A stretch of DNA of 63,353 nt, counting the filler, from Octopus bimaculoides (Eukaryota), in NCBI RefSeq assembly GCF_001194135.2. It is 5 parts of 4 records of this genome, joined end to end, with 100 filler letters (N's around TTAATTAATTAA, not from the genome) between each part and the next. Parts side by side here need not be neighbours in the genome. Positions count along the whole stretch, not along the records: positions 38,946 to 52,707 come from NC_068982.1; 4 more parts are not named here. One strand, 5' to 3'. The notes below the pieces were generated by a model that saw nothing but the letters and a program-made list of their open reading frames with translations, was not told the origin of the DNA and did no database searches. Both the position numbers and the translations under genes were made by a program. Positions 40,715 through 52,807 of this stretch are shown here, piece by piece. Numbering within the stretch: the first letter of the stretch is position 1; each line of letters starts with the position of its first letter.

Positions 40715-40831
40715 CATTAACTATGATTTCTAACATATCTGAATTACCAGCTGACTGCACAATGAAACGAGGCAAGCGAGATCCTTCTTCAGCTTCAGTG
40801 ATTGGAGGTTTCTTCCAAAGCAATGGATATT
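40715..40831 (-). CDS. Internal coding exon (phase 1-1): YPLLWKKPPITEAEEGSRLPRFIVQSAGNSDMLEIIVN(G)
   Basis: Acceptor cttttacatttataattcaacag, donor GTAAGT; open and in phase. Confidence 0.9.
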
Positions 40832-41733
40832 CTGTTGAATTATAAATGTAAAAGATATTCTATAGGATCAAAAATAGAAAGGTTGTACTTAAATATAAGG
40901 CTTCATTTGTAAGGCAGGAGATGTATAGTTTGATTTCTATTATTGGGTCCATTGTTATTTTATAAACTTAAATTGTTTATAAATATACAATGTCTGATGG
41001 TGCCCATGAAGATGTCCAAGTATCACACAAGGTATGGCTGTCCTGTACATAGTAAGGTGAACATGGAATAGTTATCTCTATTCATCATTAGAACCAGTGT
41101 ATGAATAGAATTGTAAGAGAAAACCAAAAGCTTTTAATGCCAGAGCATTGTTGACGCCAGTGTTACCTGACTAGCCCCTGTGCTAGTGGCACATTAAAAG
41201 CACCCATTACACTCTAGGAGTGGGTGGTGTTAGGAAGGGCATCCAGCTGTAGAAACCTTGCCAGATCAGATTGGAGTCTGGTGCAGTCATCTTGTTCACC
41301 AGTCCTCAGTCAAACTGTCCAACCCATGCCAACATGGAAAGCAGATGTTAAACAATTATGATGATGTATGTATGTATATCACTTTTAAGTTATAACTACA
41401 GATTTTCTATAAAATTTAGAACCAACACTAAAAGTTGTGACATTTCGTATACGAATATGCCTATGTAAATGCAAACGCATTGTTTACATAGATGTATTCA
41501 TATATGAAATCCCATAACTTTCAGTGCTGGCTTTAAATTCTATAGCAAATCTGTAGAGATAACTTAAAGTGATTATATCACACTGCTAAGTATTTCCATC
41601 ATTTCTGTCAGCTTAATGACTCACCTTTCTCCACTATTGATTATTTGTCAATTTAACTACAACTTACATTAACTGGAAAAAAAAACAGGATGTCATTTAG
41701 TAAAGTTAACAGGAAAGAAAAATGAAGATTAAC

Positions 41734-41794
41734 CTTTAATTTTCAGAGCTCCTAAATGCATCAGCATGTGTCGGACTTGATCTATATTTGGAAG
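41734..41794 (-). CDS. Internal coding exon (phase 0-1): LPNIDQVRHMLMHLGALKIK(E), C-terminal helix of SAM-like domain
   Basis: Very strong acceptor (T-run then caatttcttgtag), donor GTTAAT; if the donor is skipped the frame ends at GGT TAA (stop 41729-41731). Confidence 0.88.
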
Positions 41795-42435
41795 CTACAA
41801 GAAATTGAAAAAAAAAAAAAAAAAAAAATAGCATGTTAGAATTTACCTGTGCCTCATTTGTGGCAAAAATGCTTGGATGACAACAACAACTAACTTAGAT
41901 GTGGCTACATTTGTAACATGATTTGAAGCAATGGTGTATGAGGATGTGGCTTCAATTAAGGATCTACTTAGATATGAGCATTGTATCATTATTCAAAGCT
42001 AAATTAAACAGACTTGTGATCAAAAGCATTCCAGGCATCTTTCATCTAATGCTACATCAGTCGCTGTGACCTTAGATATTAGCCTGCTTAAAATGATAGG
42101 GTGGATTTAAAGAAAATTTGGATGATGTTTCTAATGATTGATTGACTATAAAGAGGCTCTTTTGATAGAGAATCTAGTTATGTTACTCTGTTATAGCCTA
42201 GAAAATCTAACTCATGTTCTTCAAATTCAACCAGTAAGTATGAATATGCAAGACTTTTCTAAAATTCAGCATCTAACTTTTTACTTTTGTTGTTCTAAAT
42301 CCAAATAGTGAGCTAGTTTCTATGCTAGAGTCTAATTCCAAAATTAGCCCTTTCTTTATAGGAAAGATTCAGAAAATTAAAAAGAGATATACATATATCT
42401 ATACATACAAAGGAAATAAAGAAACAAATAATTAC

Positions 42436-42680
42436 CAGAGTTTTTAAGTCCGATTCTTTCATTTCTAAAAATTTTTTATACGTATTAAAACCCTTTTGCA
42501 CAACCCTGTTAGCAAACTCTTCTGAAAAGCACATCTGTTCAAGTTCAGTGAAAATCCGTTTTTCAGCGCCATATAAATTGATGCCCTGAAAACAGATGCA
42601 GCTTCCCCCGTGGTTGTCAATGATTAGAAGCTGCCAAAAACGGGAGCTGTCGGAGAAGCCATCAAAGATCTGAGCTTTTC
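42436..42680 (-). CDS. Internal coding exon (phase 1-0), 81 codons: end of F5/8C-like domain (SRFWQLLIIDNHGGSCICFQGINLYG) and start of SAM-like domain (LEQMCFSEEFANRVVQKGFNTYKKFLEMKESDLKTL)
   Basis: Acceptor tttttcattttccattcaattcag, donor GTAATT; 245 bp stop-free; includes track ORF 42325..42534. Confidence 0.93.
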
Positions 42681-44454
42681 CTGAATTGAATGGAAAATGA
42701 AAAATATATCAAACATGTGGATGGTTTTACTTTATAATTTATTTACAAAAGTGTGTTACATTTTTCACAGATAATGCTGATTTACTAGATAACAAAGAAG
42801 TCTTGTCTCACTAAAGGATAATAATGGTCCTATAGCAGGATTATTCAACAATCACCTGATGTTGCAATTTGCTAAAATATTACCCACATAATCAACAAAA
42901 TTTGGCCATTCATGACTTCACATGAAACTGGCTCCAACAACAGTACCATCTTTTTGCACCTTCCTCTTTAAGCCTATCTAGCAGTATAAATTCAGCGCAC
43001 TACAAAATAGAGAGCATTGAGAGACAGCTTAGCATTTAACATGTGAGACAGTGAAGAGGAGAGACATCAGACTGGACATAGGAGACGGTAGAAGAGCAGC
43101 AGCTGACAACACAAGCTAATGAACAATAGGTAACTGTAACACAATAACCAGCAGTCAACCTTTTGACTGCTGCTTCAGCCACATCAACCCAAAAACTATT
43201 ATCTCCGAACTCTCATGACATTTTGTCATTCATAGTAACAACAATATTTGTTTTTGTATATGAAAAAAATAAAAAAATTTGTGTATCAAAAATTGCAACA
43301 GACTTCAGTCTTCCACATATAGTTCTTATATTGTGATATGAAGATGTTAGAAACATGAAATTGTTACGATCAAGTTAATAGCAAAGTTCCACCATTTTCT
43401 TTTATTTTCTTTTTTTACTACTTTCAGTTTTTTATTTGTGACCATCTTGGGGGAACTACCTTTGAAGTTTTTAATTGTTTATGTACAAATCCAAGTATTT
43501 TGTCAAGTATTTACTTTATCAATTCTGGAAGAAAAAAGGCAAAACTGACCTGAATGGAATTTTAACACAGAATATAAAGGGGATATGTGTGTGTGTGTAT
43601 ACGTTTACAGTCTTCCTTGATAATCCTTCTTGGTAGCATATCATCATCATTGTCATCATCATCATCATCATCATTTTAACACCCACTTTTTAATCATGCA
43701 TGGGTTGCATGGAGTTTATTGGGACAGATTTTTTACTGTTGGATGCCTTTCCTGTCACCAACCTTCACATGTTTCCAAGCAAGTTAATATTTCCTCCATG
43801 GTAAAACATGGAAGACTAGAAACTAACAACCTAGCTTCTATGAAGATAATGCTCATTTACAACCATCACATGCTATCTAAACAAGGGTACATACAAACAT
43901 ATACATATATAAGTATTACATTCCTTATCACGTTATGTATGTGTGTGTGTGAGTGTATGCATGTATGCGTATGTATATATATATGAATGTTAAACGATGA
44001 TGATGATGATGTATGCATGTATGATGAGATTCTTTCAGTTTCTGTTTCCCAAATCCCCTCATTAGGGGCCAAGCAGTGGAATTGAACTGAAGACAACAAG
44101 GTTGGAAAACAAGCTTCTTAACCACATAGTCATAACTACATCTATCTAAACTAAAATTCTGTTTAAGATCTCTCTAATCACGCTTCTTTGGCAATATCCT
44201 GCCACTTATATTATGAGCTTCAAACCTCAAGGGTATGCCCTGGCACTTGCTGCCATCTGTATATCTCTCTTCCTTTACTTGACCATCCCATTTATATTCT
44301 GATCCCTGCCCCTTGTGAGCATGCCTGGCACTTTGCCACCATCTCTATCCTGCTGTCTTTCACTTTCTCTCTCCTTCTCCTGCACTTCCCTCAGGTTGGG
44401 TAACCATATATCTCCTTTGCGGCAGCACACCGGTTTCTATCCTCATTCCTGATC

Positions 44455-44488
<34 letters not shown>

Positions 44489-45061
44489 GCTGGGTAACCT
44501 TGTACCTCCTCTACAGCAAGACACTCATTTCCGTCTCTCTGTTTCACTATAACCCTTCATCATCTGGCACAAGATTACCTCTTTCAATGACCCCTCCCCT
44601 CTCAAAAGATTTTGTTTTTGTCTTGCAAGGTACTTGGTGACCCTGTCAGTGCAGGTGCCACTTAAAAAGCATCCAGTCCATGCTGTAAAGTGATCGGCGT
44701 GTGGCAGAGAATCCAGCTGTAAAAACTTTGCCAAAACTGATCTCATCTGTGCTTGTGCCACGTATAAAGCACTGAGTCCACTCTGCTGAGTATTTGGTGT
44801 TAGGAAGGGCATCCAGCTGTAAAAATCCTGCCAAAACAGTTCCAGAAGTCTGGTGCCTGGTTCTTGTCAAACTGTCCCTACCATGCCAGCACGAAAAGCA
44901 GATGTTAAACAATAATGATATCATTAATCTAATTAATCTCGGATCAATCCTTCGTGATTAAAAATTTGATAAAACTTTTCCCAAATGATTCTAAAATTGA
45001 TTTAAGTTTTTAAAACATTATTACTCTTTTGATTATTAATATAATTTATCTTATTACTCAC

Positions 45062-45129
45062 CTGGGTCCTTAGGGTCACTACTACCTTCTGATTTACAGG
45101 CAAAATGAACTACAGTTGACCAGGGGCCT
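45062..45129 (-). CDS. Internal coding exon (phase 2-1): GPWSTVVHFACKSEGSSDPKDP(G)
   Basis: Acceptor ttatttatcttttacag, donor GTGAGT; phase-compatible on both sides. Confidence 0.88.
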
Positions 45130-45868
45130 CTGTAAAAGATAAATAATACATATCAATATATAAAAATATAGCTACATACACACACTAAAGGCTGAACCTC
45201 ATGGAAGAGGTGACAAAGACTACAACAAAAGACGAGAAACTGTGCTGAAAATATTTGTCCAGCTTATGTTATGCATGGAAAAGTAGACATAAATTGATAC
45301 TGATGATCATCACGATAATTACAATTTAATAATTGTAATTCCAAGAGTGGTGTCAGTGGATAAGTTACCATTTGTGTCATGTGCTCAGTATATTAGCAGA
45401 ACATATTAACTATATAGTCCTATCAAGAAGTGACACCAAACCTTAGAATTATCTAATCAGATTCTATCAAAGATGTTTAGTTGTTATTATCTCTTGTAGC
45501 TAAATGGAACATTATTTATTGATGCTATGAAGCTATTGCAAGAATAGTCAACCCAAGTTTTGTTTCCTCGAGTTTAGGCCATTTGGGTCTTGTATGATGT
45601 TAATAAATTGACTGTAGCTGGCTCTGGCTTTGCCAGTTCCTGTCAAGCTGTCTAACCTGCGCTAGCATGGAAACACTAAACACTAAATGTTGATGATGAT
45701 GATGATAATGATGCCATTCTCAATTTTGATCACGATGGACATTTGAATGCCGCCACATTCAGTGTCCAAGCAATTATAGGTAATAATACAAGAGAACCAA
45801 AGCTCACAAATCAAAGATCAAAACTGACATATGCCACACTACTAATATGATTATTAGTTGACATATAA

Positions 45869-46069
45869 AGGTGATGAGCTCACGGAATTGTTAGCATGCT
45901 GGAAAAAATGCTTAGTGGCATTTCATCTATCTTTACATTCTGAGTTCAAATTCTGCCAAGGTTGACTTAGCTTTTCATCAGTCAAATAAACACCAGTTAA
46001 GTACTGGGGTTGATGTAATGACTGCCTTTTCTCTTCCAAAATTTCAGATCTTGTGCCTAGTGCAGAAAA
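45869..46069 (+). mobile_element. SINE family B copy with 20-bp target-site duplication
   Basis: gattattagttgacatataa at 45849-45868 and 46070-46089; CpGs in the body are mostly mutated. Confidence 0.88.
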
Positions 46070-46100
46070 GATTATTAGTTGACATATAAGTAGAGCTGCA

Positions 46101-46408
46101 CAGTGCTTCTCAAACTATCTGATGTGGCGTACCAGCAGTTATTTTTTCCAATGTGCCAGGGACCAGTAATATTTCTTAGTAATATTAATTTATACTAGAA
46201 ACAATATATATAATGAATATAATAAAAGTTGACAATTTTTTTTATCTTATATTTATTTTATAAACAAATAATACAATATTACATAAGCATTTTATAATGT
46301 TTCTTTCTTTTCTGGAAACTTGTTGCGTACCAGCAGCTGATGGCTCATGGACTGGCACCACTCCACAGACTGGAACCGGTCCATGGACCACCACTTGGAG
46401 TAGCAGTG
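46101..46408. mobile_element. hAT/Charlie-like MITE
   Basis: Ends cagtgcttctcaa ... ttggagtagcagtg; 8-bp TSD only partly preserved. Confidence 0.5.
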
Positions 46409-46672
46409 GTGTAGCACGCTCTGGTGCAAGTATTCTGGTTTAAGGAAGAGAATTTCTTGTCTTCTTCTCACCAGTTGCAGAGACACTGACAAGAGACAAG
46501 CATTGCTCTTTCTACCTCTGCCTTAAAAAAAAAATCTAGTTCAATGCCTAAGAATAATTTTAAAATGCTACTGATCAATAATTTTATATTCAGAAATGTT
46601 CAGAGCAACAAATATTGTTATAAAAAATACCAGTCAATTCCCATTTCATTATGGTGAAACATTTCAACTTAC

Positions 46673-46726
46673 TCAATTGTATAGCCTTTCCGTAGTTCAA
46701 AATTTTTGACCATATTTGGACTGTCC
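46673..46726 (-). CDS. Internal coding exon (phase 2-2) of uncharacterised F5/8C-like/SAM-like/Ig-like gene: DSPNMVKNFELRKGYTI(E)
   Basis: Acceptor tttctaatatttttcag and donor GTAAGT; open and in phase with the next exon, giving the discoidin-like segment VKNFEL...GPW. Confidence 0.8.
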
Positions 46727-48105
46727 CTGAAAAATATTAGAAATATTCTGTACTTATTACAAAAAAGAGAGTAAACTAGAGATGTTGCATCACAAAACAA
46801 ATCAGAAAATTCATGACACACAAGATATGTTTCAGTTCAGTAAATAAAATATTGACCAAAGTTTGTTCTTTGTTCAGAACTGCAGTGACATAAAAAGAAC
46901 CACAATATCAAGAGTTTTAAAAAAATGAAACTACACTTATCTAAAACTGTTTTAATGCAATAATAGTAAATCTAACTGAGAAAGATGGATCTGGGTTCAT
47001 AAGGCGTCATGTTTGAAGCTGAAACTTATATAACTCATAAACACACTCATACAGGAATAATTTTTTATTTGTTTTTACTGCATGTATGAGAGCTGCTTTT
47101 ATCATGTAGTATTATTATACATATTTTGGTACAGAATTTATCAGGAAAGTCATGATTAAATGAACAATTTTACTTCATAGAATCACAAAACTGATCACTG
47201 TTGAGTTCAGTAAATAAAATATGGATAAAAGTTTGTTCTGCTTTGTTCGTGGCATAAAAGAGTCACAATATCAAGGGATAAAAAAAAAATGAAAATTTCA
47301 TTTGGCAAACTGTTAATAATGGTGAATCTGATGGAGAATTGGATTATGGTTGCTTAAGGTGTACTTTCAACAACAATCCTATAACTTATACACAGAAGAA
47401 ATATGTTTTAATCAGTCATCTGCTACCAATGTGCAAAAGAGATATATTTATGGAGTTGGTTAATACTCAGGTAGGTTTCTATACACAGTTGCTACACAGC
47501 ATATTTACCTGAAGTCCTATGATCTAAAAGAAAGCAATTTAATAATATACATAAAAACAGAACAAAGAAGTCTCTTATCAGAATTCTGGGATGTTAGGGA
47601 AAATGTTAGAACTTTTTACAACACAATGTAATTTAGTTGTATTTGGTTAGACTAGCAATAAATAGAATGGATTAGGCTCAATCAAAGAAGTAAATTTCTT
47701 TTAAAATATAACAATTTTGAAAATTTAGCAAGTATAGACAGATGTTAAAAAAAGTAAGTAAATAAATGCAGAACTATTTGGTTTGGAAAGGTTTCAATTA
47801 TTGGAATGAATGTAAAAAAATTAAACAATAAAATACATTTAAATTGAATAACTTTAATAAAAATCTGATATCTACCATTTCTCAATAAAATTATTTTGGT
47901 TTGGTATGAAATTAGGGTAATTATTCAATAAATTTGATTAAAAAGAAAATTCTTTCTGTTTTCTAAATTTCATCTAGGTCAAAACTTTTAAAGGTGTTTT
48001 TAGGTGCTGTATGGAATGTATATATGTATATATACAGACACACACACAAATACATATNNNNNNNNNNNNNNNNNNNNNNNNNNNNNNNNNNNNNNNNNNN
48101 NNNNN

Positions 48106-48146
<41 letters not shown>

Positions 48147-49611
48147 GACTATGTATATGTGTGTGTATATAAATGTATGTGTATGCAATTTTGAATTTGA
48201 TATATTTAACTAAGCAAGTGAGATATTTTAAATAGGTAAAATGTTACAATTAAAACATACATGGATATGACAACAATAATTGAAAGATTTTACTGTACAA
48301 TAACAATGAATCTCCATGTCAAACAGAAAACTGGGATGACAAATGACAAACTTTTGAAAAGAAATGTTGCATCATGACATAAAAAAAAAAAACAGGATGT
48401 TTGTATTCAGAGATGACAACACCAAAAATAGGCATGCACCATTTGAATAACATTATATAGACAACAAAAAACATGAATTTTATTCTCTATATGTAGATAA
48501 GCTGCCAAATCCACCTGCATATCAATAAGCTGCCTATTTCATTCACATGCTGGATTCATTTACATTGATATAAAGTGCTTGTCTCATCTACATAAAAATG
48601 GGTAGAATAATTCACCTGCAATTCACCTATATAAGAGATAAGCTACATAATCCACCCACATAAAGAGGGAGAAACAGTTCCTTAGAATTCTCCTGCAATA
48701 TTGTACTGATTAAAATAAAGAAGATTTAAAATCTTTAGTGAAGTCTAATATAATTGAAGGTGAATTAAGGTAGTCATAAGATTATTAGTAAAGAACTAAC
48801 AGATGTATGTCTATTTAAATAATTATTTCCATTTACCCTCTCTTTTAAAATGCATTACTTACACACACATGTGTAATAAAGGTGCCCCTAGGCAGTTGTT
48901 CTGTTTGCCAGAAATAGCAAACAAATCTCTCTTAAATCCAAACAGCTGTCTTAAAATGTATAATTAAAAAAAAAAGGATAGGGTGGTCATAACTGGCATG
49001 TCTTTCATCATAGGTCTACTCAGCCAAGACACATCTTTATCAACAACACACATCATCATCTTTCTACAACTTAATTATTTATTTCTCAATCTATTTCTAA
49101 TTATTCTAACACTATCAAGCTGCTGCCCAAAACTTTATTCTGAATCACACATGATGTGACATAAATAAATCATTAGAAGAACTACATCAAAGTCTGCTTG
49201 ATAAAGACATGTTTTATCATAAACAGCCCTAAATATAAGGAGAAAAAGTAGAAGTAAAAAGAATAGGTGATGCTTAGTCTCTTAACTTTTTGTGTCATTA
49301 GGGCACTACTAAAGATTTAATCTTTATGTTCTGATACAAAGAATGATGTACTGGGGTAGTATTTCATTGCTTTATCCATTTTCACAGCAGGATTTAACCC
49401 CAGTACTGCAACATAACAATAATATAGAGTTCCTTATACTTACAAGGATAAATTGTACCTACTAATGGTGCCTATCATTTACATTTAGGTAGACTGAACT
49501 AGCAAGCTTCAAGTGTTAGGTGTAGAGGAAATTGTTCACAGCTCAGTTCTGGTCACAGAATACAAACCAACAAACCAGTCAAAGTATATTTTAGGTCAAT
49601 GCTTAACTGAC

Positions 49612-49684
49612 CCAGTCAGCTGTATCTCCAAAGTACAGGTGGAATATAACATACAAATAACTATGTAGGAGGTGGACAATGCAA
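49612..49684 (-). CDS. Candidate linking exon (phase 1-2): (V)ALSTSYIVICMLYSTCTLEIQLT(G)
   Basis: Best phase 1-2 candidate found between 49798 and 46726; pyrimidine-rich acceptor region, donor GTCAGT; strand pattern fits the WIxxDL...IxL segment of discoidin-like domains. Confidence 0.42.
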
Positions 49685-49797
49685 CTATTTGGGACAGAAA
49701 ATCTTATCAAGTGTAGGAAAATGGACAACATTGAGAGATGGGTTAAGAAAGGAAGTTACTGATTATGTTGGACGTGGACTAAATATCAAACACTCAC

Positions 49798-49831
49798 CTG
49801 CTGACCAAAAACAGCTAGTGTTCTCTATCAT
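49798..49831 (-). CDS. Probable upstream exon (phase 0-1): MIENTSCFWSA
   Basis: Donor GTGAGT, acceptor ttattaacag; only one frame is open; FW-S fits the N-terminal part of discoidin-like domains. Confidence 0.6.
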
Positions 49832-50964
49832 CTGTTAATAATTATAGTAAGTACTAACATTTTATAAATCAGCACCGACAATCTCGGTCACAGGTAAAGT
49901 TGGAAATATTACACTAAGAGATTTTTCATGGGAAACATCAACAATATAGGCATTAACCAAATATTTTGAGTCTAGCAAGCCACTACTTTATTTTAATTTT
50001 CCAAATAAATTAATAAGTACAAAATAAATTTTAAAAAATGAAACAAATTGGGATTTTTAGCTTTTATGCACTTCACATCATATTTGTAGCATGCATACGT
50101 TTATTTAACACTGCTCTGCAAATGAAACATTAAGTCCAAATCTATTAAGGCCTATGGCAGGGGAAATAAAAAGGGAGATCAAATGTGTTGATACTTAAAT
50201 TGCTTTAGAGAAGAATTCATTTCAGTTATTCTATTAAACACAGACACATCAAAGGATTGGCAAGATTGGATGACCTTTTGGTAAAATGGATGCCTATATA
50301 TTCATGCAATCTATTTCTGATATAAAGCTGAAAAAAGTTGATAATCTCAAAACAAAATTTTATTTTTGTATGTCAAATCTAAAACTATCTGTAACACATC
50401 ATGGAACTTCAAATTATCACATCTGAAATATTTTTGTCAGAAAATGCAACACATATTTCAGGGAGGAGAATAAAGAAGAACTAAAACAGGTAAAAATTTC
50501 AGGTTATTTATGTTTATCTTGTGTGAAAGAACTTCTTTGTTGTTGCTCAACCCACTCAGTGTAGTAACCAATATTCTCTTAAACTCTTTATATATTTAAA
50601 AAAGGGTACTTCATGTTTTATGTAACGAGAAATATTGGTTTCAAATTTTGACACAAGGCCAGAAATTTCAAGGAAGGGGCTAAGTTGATTATATTGACCC
50701 CAGTGCTTGACTGGTACTTATTTTATCAACCCTGAAAAGATGAAAGGCAAAGTTGACCTTGGCAGAATTTGAACCCAGAACATAAAGACAGACAAACATG
50801 TTGCTCAGCATGCTAATGATTCTGCCAGCTCACTACCCTATATGTAACTAAATATTAAGACAGTATATATATTCTGCAAGGACGACAAGCAAGTTTGCCA
50901 AGGTTAAAAGTGTTGATTGAAAGCTTTGATTCATCAGTTAACATCCATATTATAAAACTATTAA

Positions 50965-51180
50965 CCCTTTAGGATTTAAACCGACCATATTCAGCCCAAA
51001 TATTCTTTTGCAATTTATGTTCAATCTGACCAGATCCGGCCTCTTACACCTACCCAGCAATGTCATTCTAAAAATAAACAGTTGTATCATGAAGATCTCA
51101 AACTTATTAGGTAGTGCATGATTAACTGAAAAGAAGGTGAAAAAGTAAGGTTTAAATTTGACAGAGTAATATGAATTGCA
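50965..51180. mobile_element. Second copy of piggyBac-like MITE (right end eroded)
   Basis: TTAA|ccctttaggatttaaacc; inverted homology to the 40217-40438 body. Confidence 0.7.
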
Positions 51181-52161
51181 GCAGAGTTGACTGAGGCTGC
51201 ATAACAACAGTAGTAACAATAGTCCCTGTCAAAGTGTCTACACAACATTGAAATAATTGTTGAAGCCTAAAATTAAGATCTTGGCTAGAGCAACTATGCA
51301 GTTACTTCTTAGAGGATGTTACAAATTACACCCATGTTTCATTAATAGATTAACCAGGAACTCGTTCAAATATCGGTACCTTTATCTTCTGAATATAAAA
51401 TGTTTGACATTTTTCATAAATCATAATAAAGATATTTTACATTGACTGTGAAGATGGCATCGATTAAACAACATTTCTTGAGTCAATATTCTTCATCTAG
51501 ATGGCCTTCTTAATGCTTTTGCACATTTAATCACTTCTGAACATTTTGTTCATTGGATCCATAAATATGTCTCTGTTGCTGAAATGGTGTCAATGTAAAG
51601 AGACATGGCAATAAACACAAACACGCATACCTGCACCTATGCACAAAAACAAACAAACACACACACACACATATATATGTATCAGCATATAATATATATA
51701 TATATACACACACACACATATATATGAGAGATATTGGTATCCAGAAGACCCAAGGTGGTAGGTAACGCTATGGAAGTGCTATGGAAGGACCGTAATTAAA
51801 CTCTCAGTTTGATAATGATATGAGTGAGGAGTCTAATGTGGGTCTTGTATGAGTGTGTATATGTTAAATAGAATGGGACAACAAAGCCAAGGGTGTGTGG
51901 AATTTTCAGGACATTTATAAAGAGCAAGTTAGAAAGTTGGGCTGGATTTGGCCTGTTTAAATGCTAATGGGTTAATAGTTTTATAACATGGATGTTAACT
52001 GATGAATTGAAGCTTTCAATCAACACTTTTAACCTTTCTCTTTATAAATGTCCTGAAAATTCCACACAGCCTTGGCTTTATTGTCTCATTCTATTCAACA
52101 CACACATACACACATACAAATATATATATATCATCATCATCATCATCATCTGATGATGATG

Positions 52162-52246
<85 letters not shown>

Positions 52247-52343
52247 CAGGGAACTAGACAGTACCAGCATTGTTAGAAATACAAACATGGTCATTACACA
52301 TATGGTGACACAAGTATCTTTAGCTCTCAGCCACAATACTCAC

Positions 52344-52397
52344 TGACGAGAACTAAGTGTTTATCACAGGGTTCGAAATCATGCAATATCAGTACAT
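52344..52397 (-). CDS. Candidate upstream exon (phase 1-1): (x)VLILHDFEPCDKHLVLV
   Basis: Acceptor tgattttgcag, donor GTGAGT, 54 bp with one open frame; connection to the gene is not proven. Confidence 0.35.
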
Positions 52398-52604
52398 CTG
52401 CAAAATCATTTGCTATTTTTACTCACTATTGGCTTTTCTGTTTACTTGTTTCCTCAAATTCACCAGTGTGTATAAGTAATAACTGTGGTTTTTGAATCAT
52501 TTTGACTCTTATGTCTAGCAATGCTGGAACTATCCAGTACCCTGATTATAAATTAATAATTTTACCTTTATGATTATTTTATGCTTGCTAGCCACATATT
52601 ATTA

Positions 52605-52646
<42 letters not shown>

Positions 52647-52648
52647 AA

Positions 52649-52696
<48 letters not shown>

Positions 52697-52707
52697 TAAT
52701 AATAATA

Positions 52708-52807
52708 NNNNNNNNNNNNNNNNNNNNNNNNNNNNNNNNNNNNNNNNNNNNTTAATTAATTAANNNNNNNNNNNNNNNNNNNNNNNNNNNNNNNNNNNNN
52801 NNNNNNN
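52708..52807. other. Synthetic scaffold-join spacer
   Basis: 44 N + TTAATTAATTAA + 44 N. Confidence 0.97.

Noticed and set aside
43149-43172. Perfect 10-bp hairpin cagcagtcaa-cctt-ttgactgctg
   Set aside because: Short stems of this size occur by chance or in TE remnants; not a terminator in a eukaryotic intron
47509-47523. 15-bp micro-exon with good splice sites on the minus strand
   Set aside because: Symmetric, so it cannot supply the required phase 1-to-2 link; no independent support
48495-48660. Repeated ataagct...cacctgca motifs (E-box cluster)
   Set aside because: Most simply a decayed short local duplication; no independent evidence of function
49913-49971. Candidate exon (N)SKYLVNAYIVDVSHEKSLS linking 52344 to 49831
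   Set aside because: Phase-compatible, but the acceptor lacks a pyrimidine tract; too weak to call
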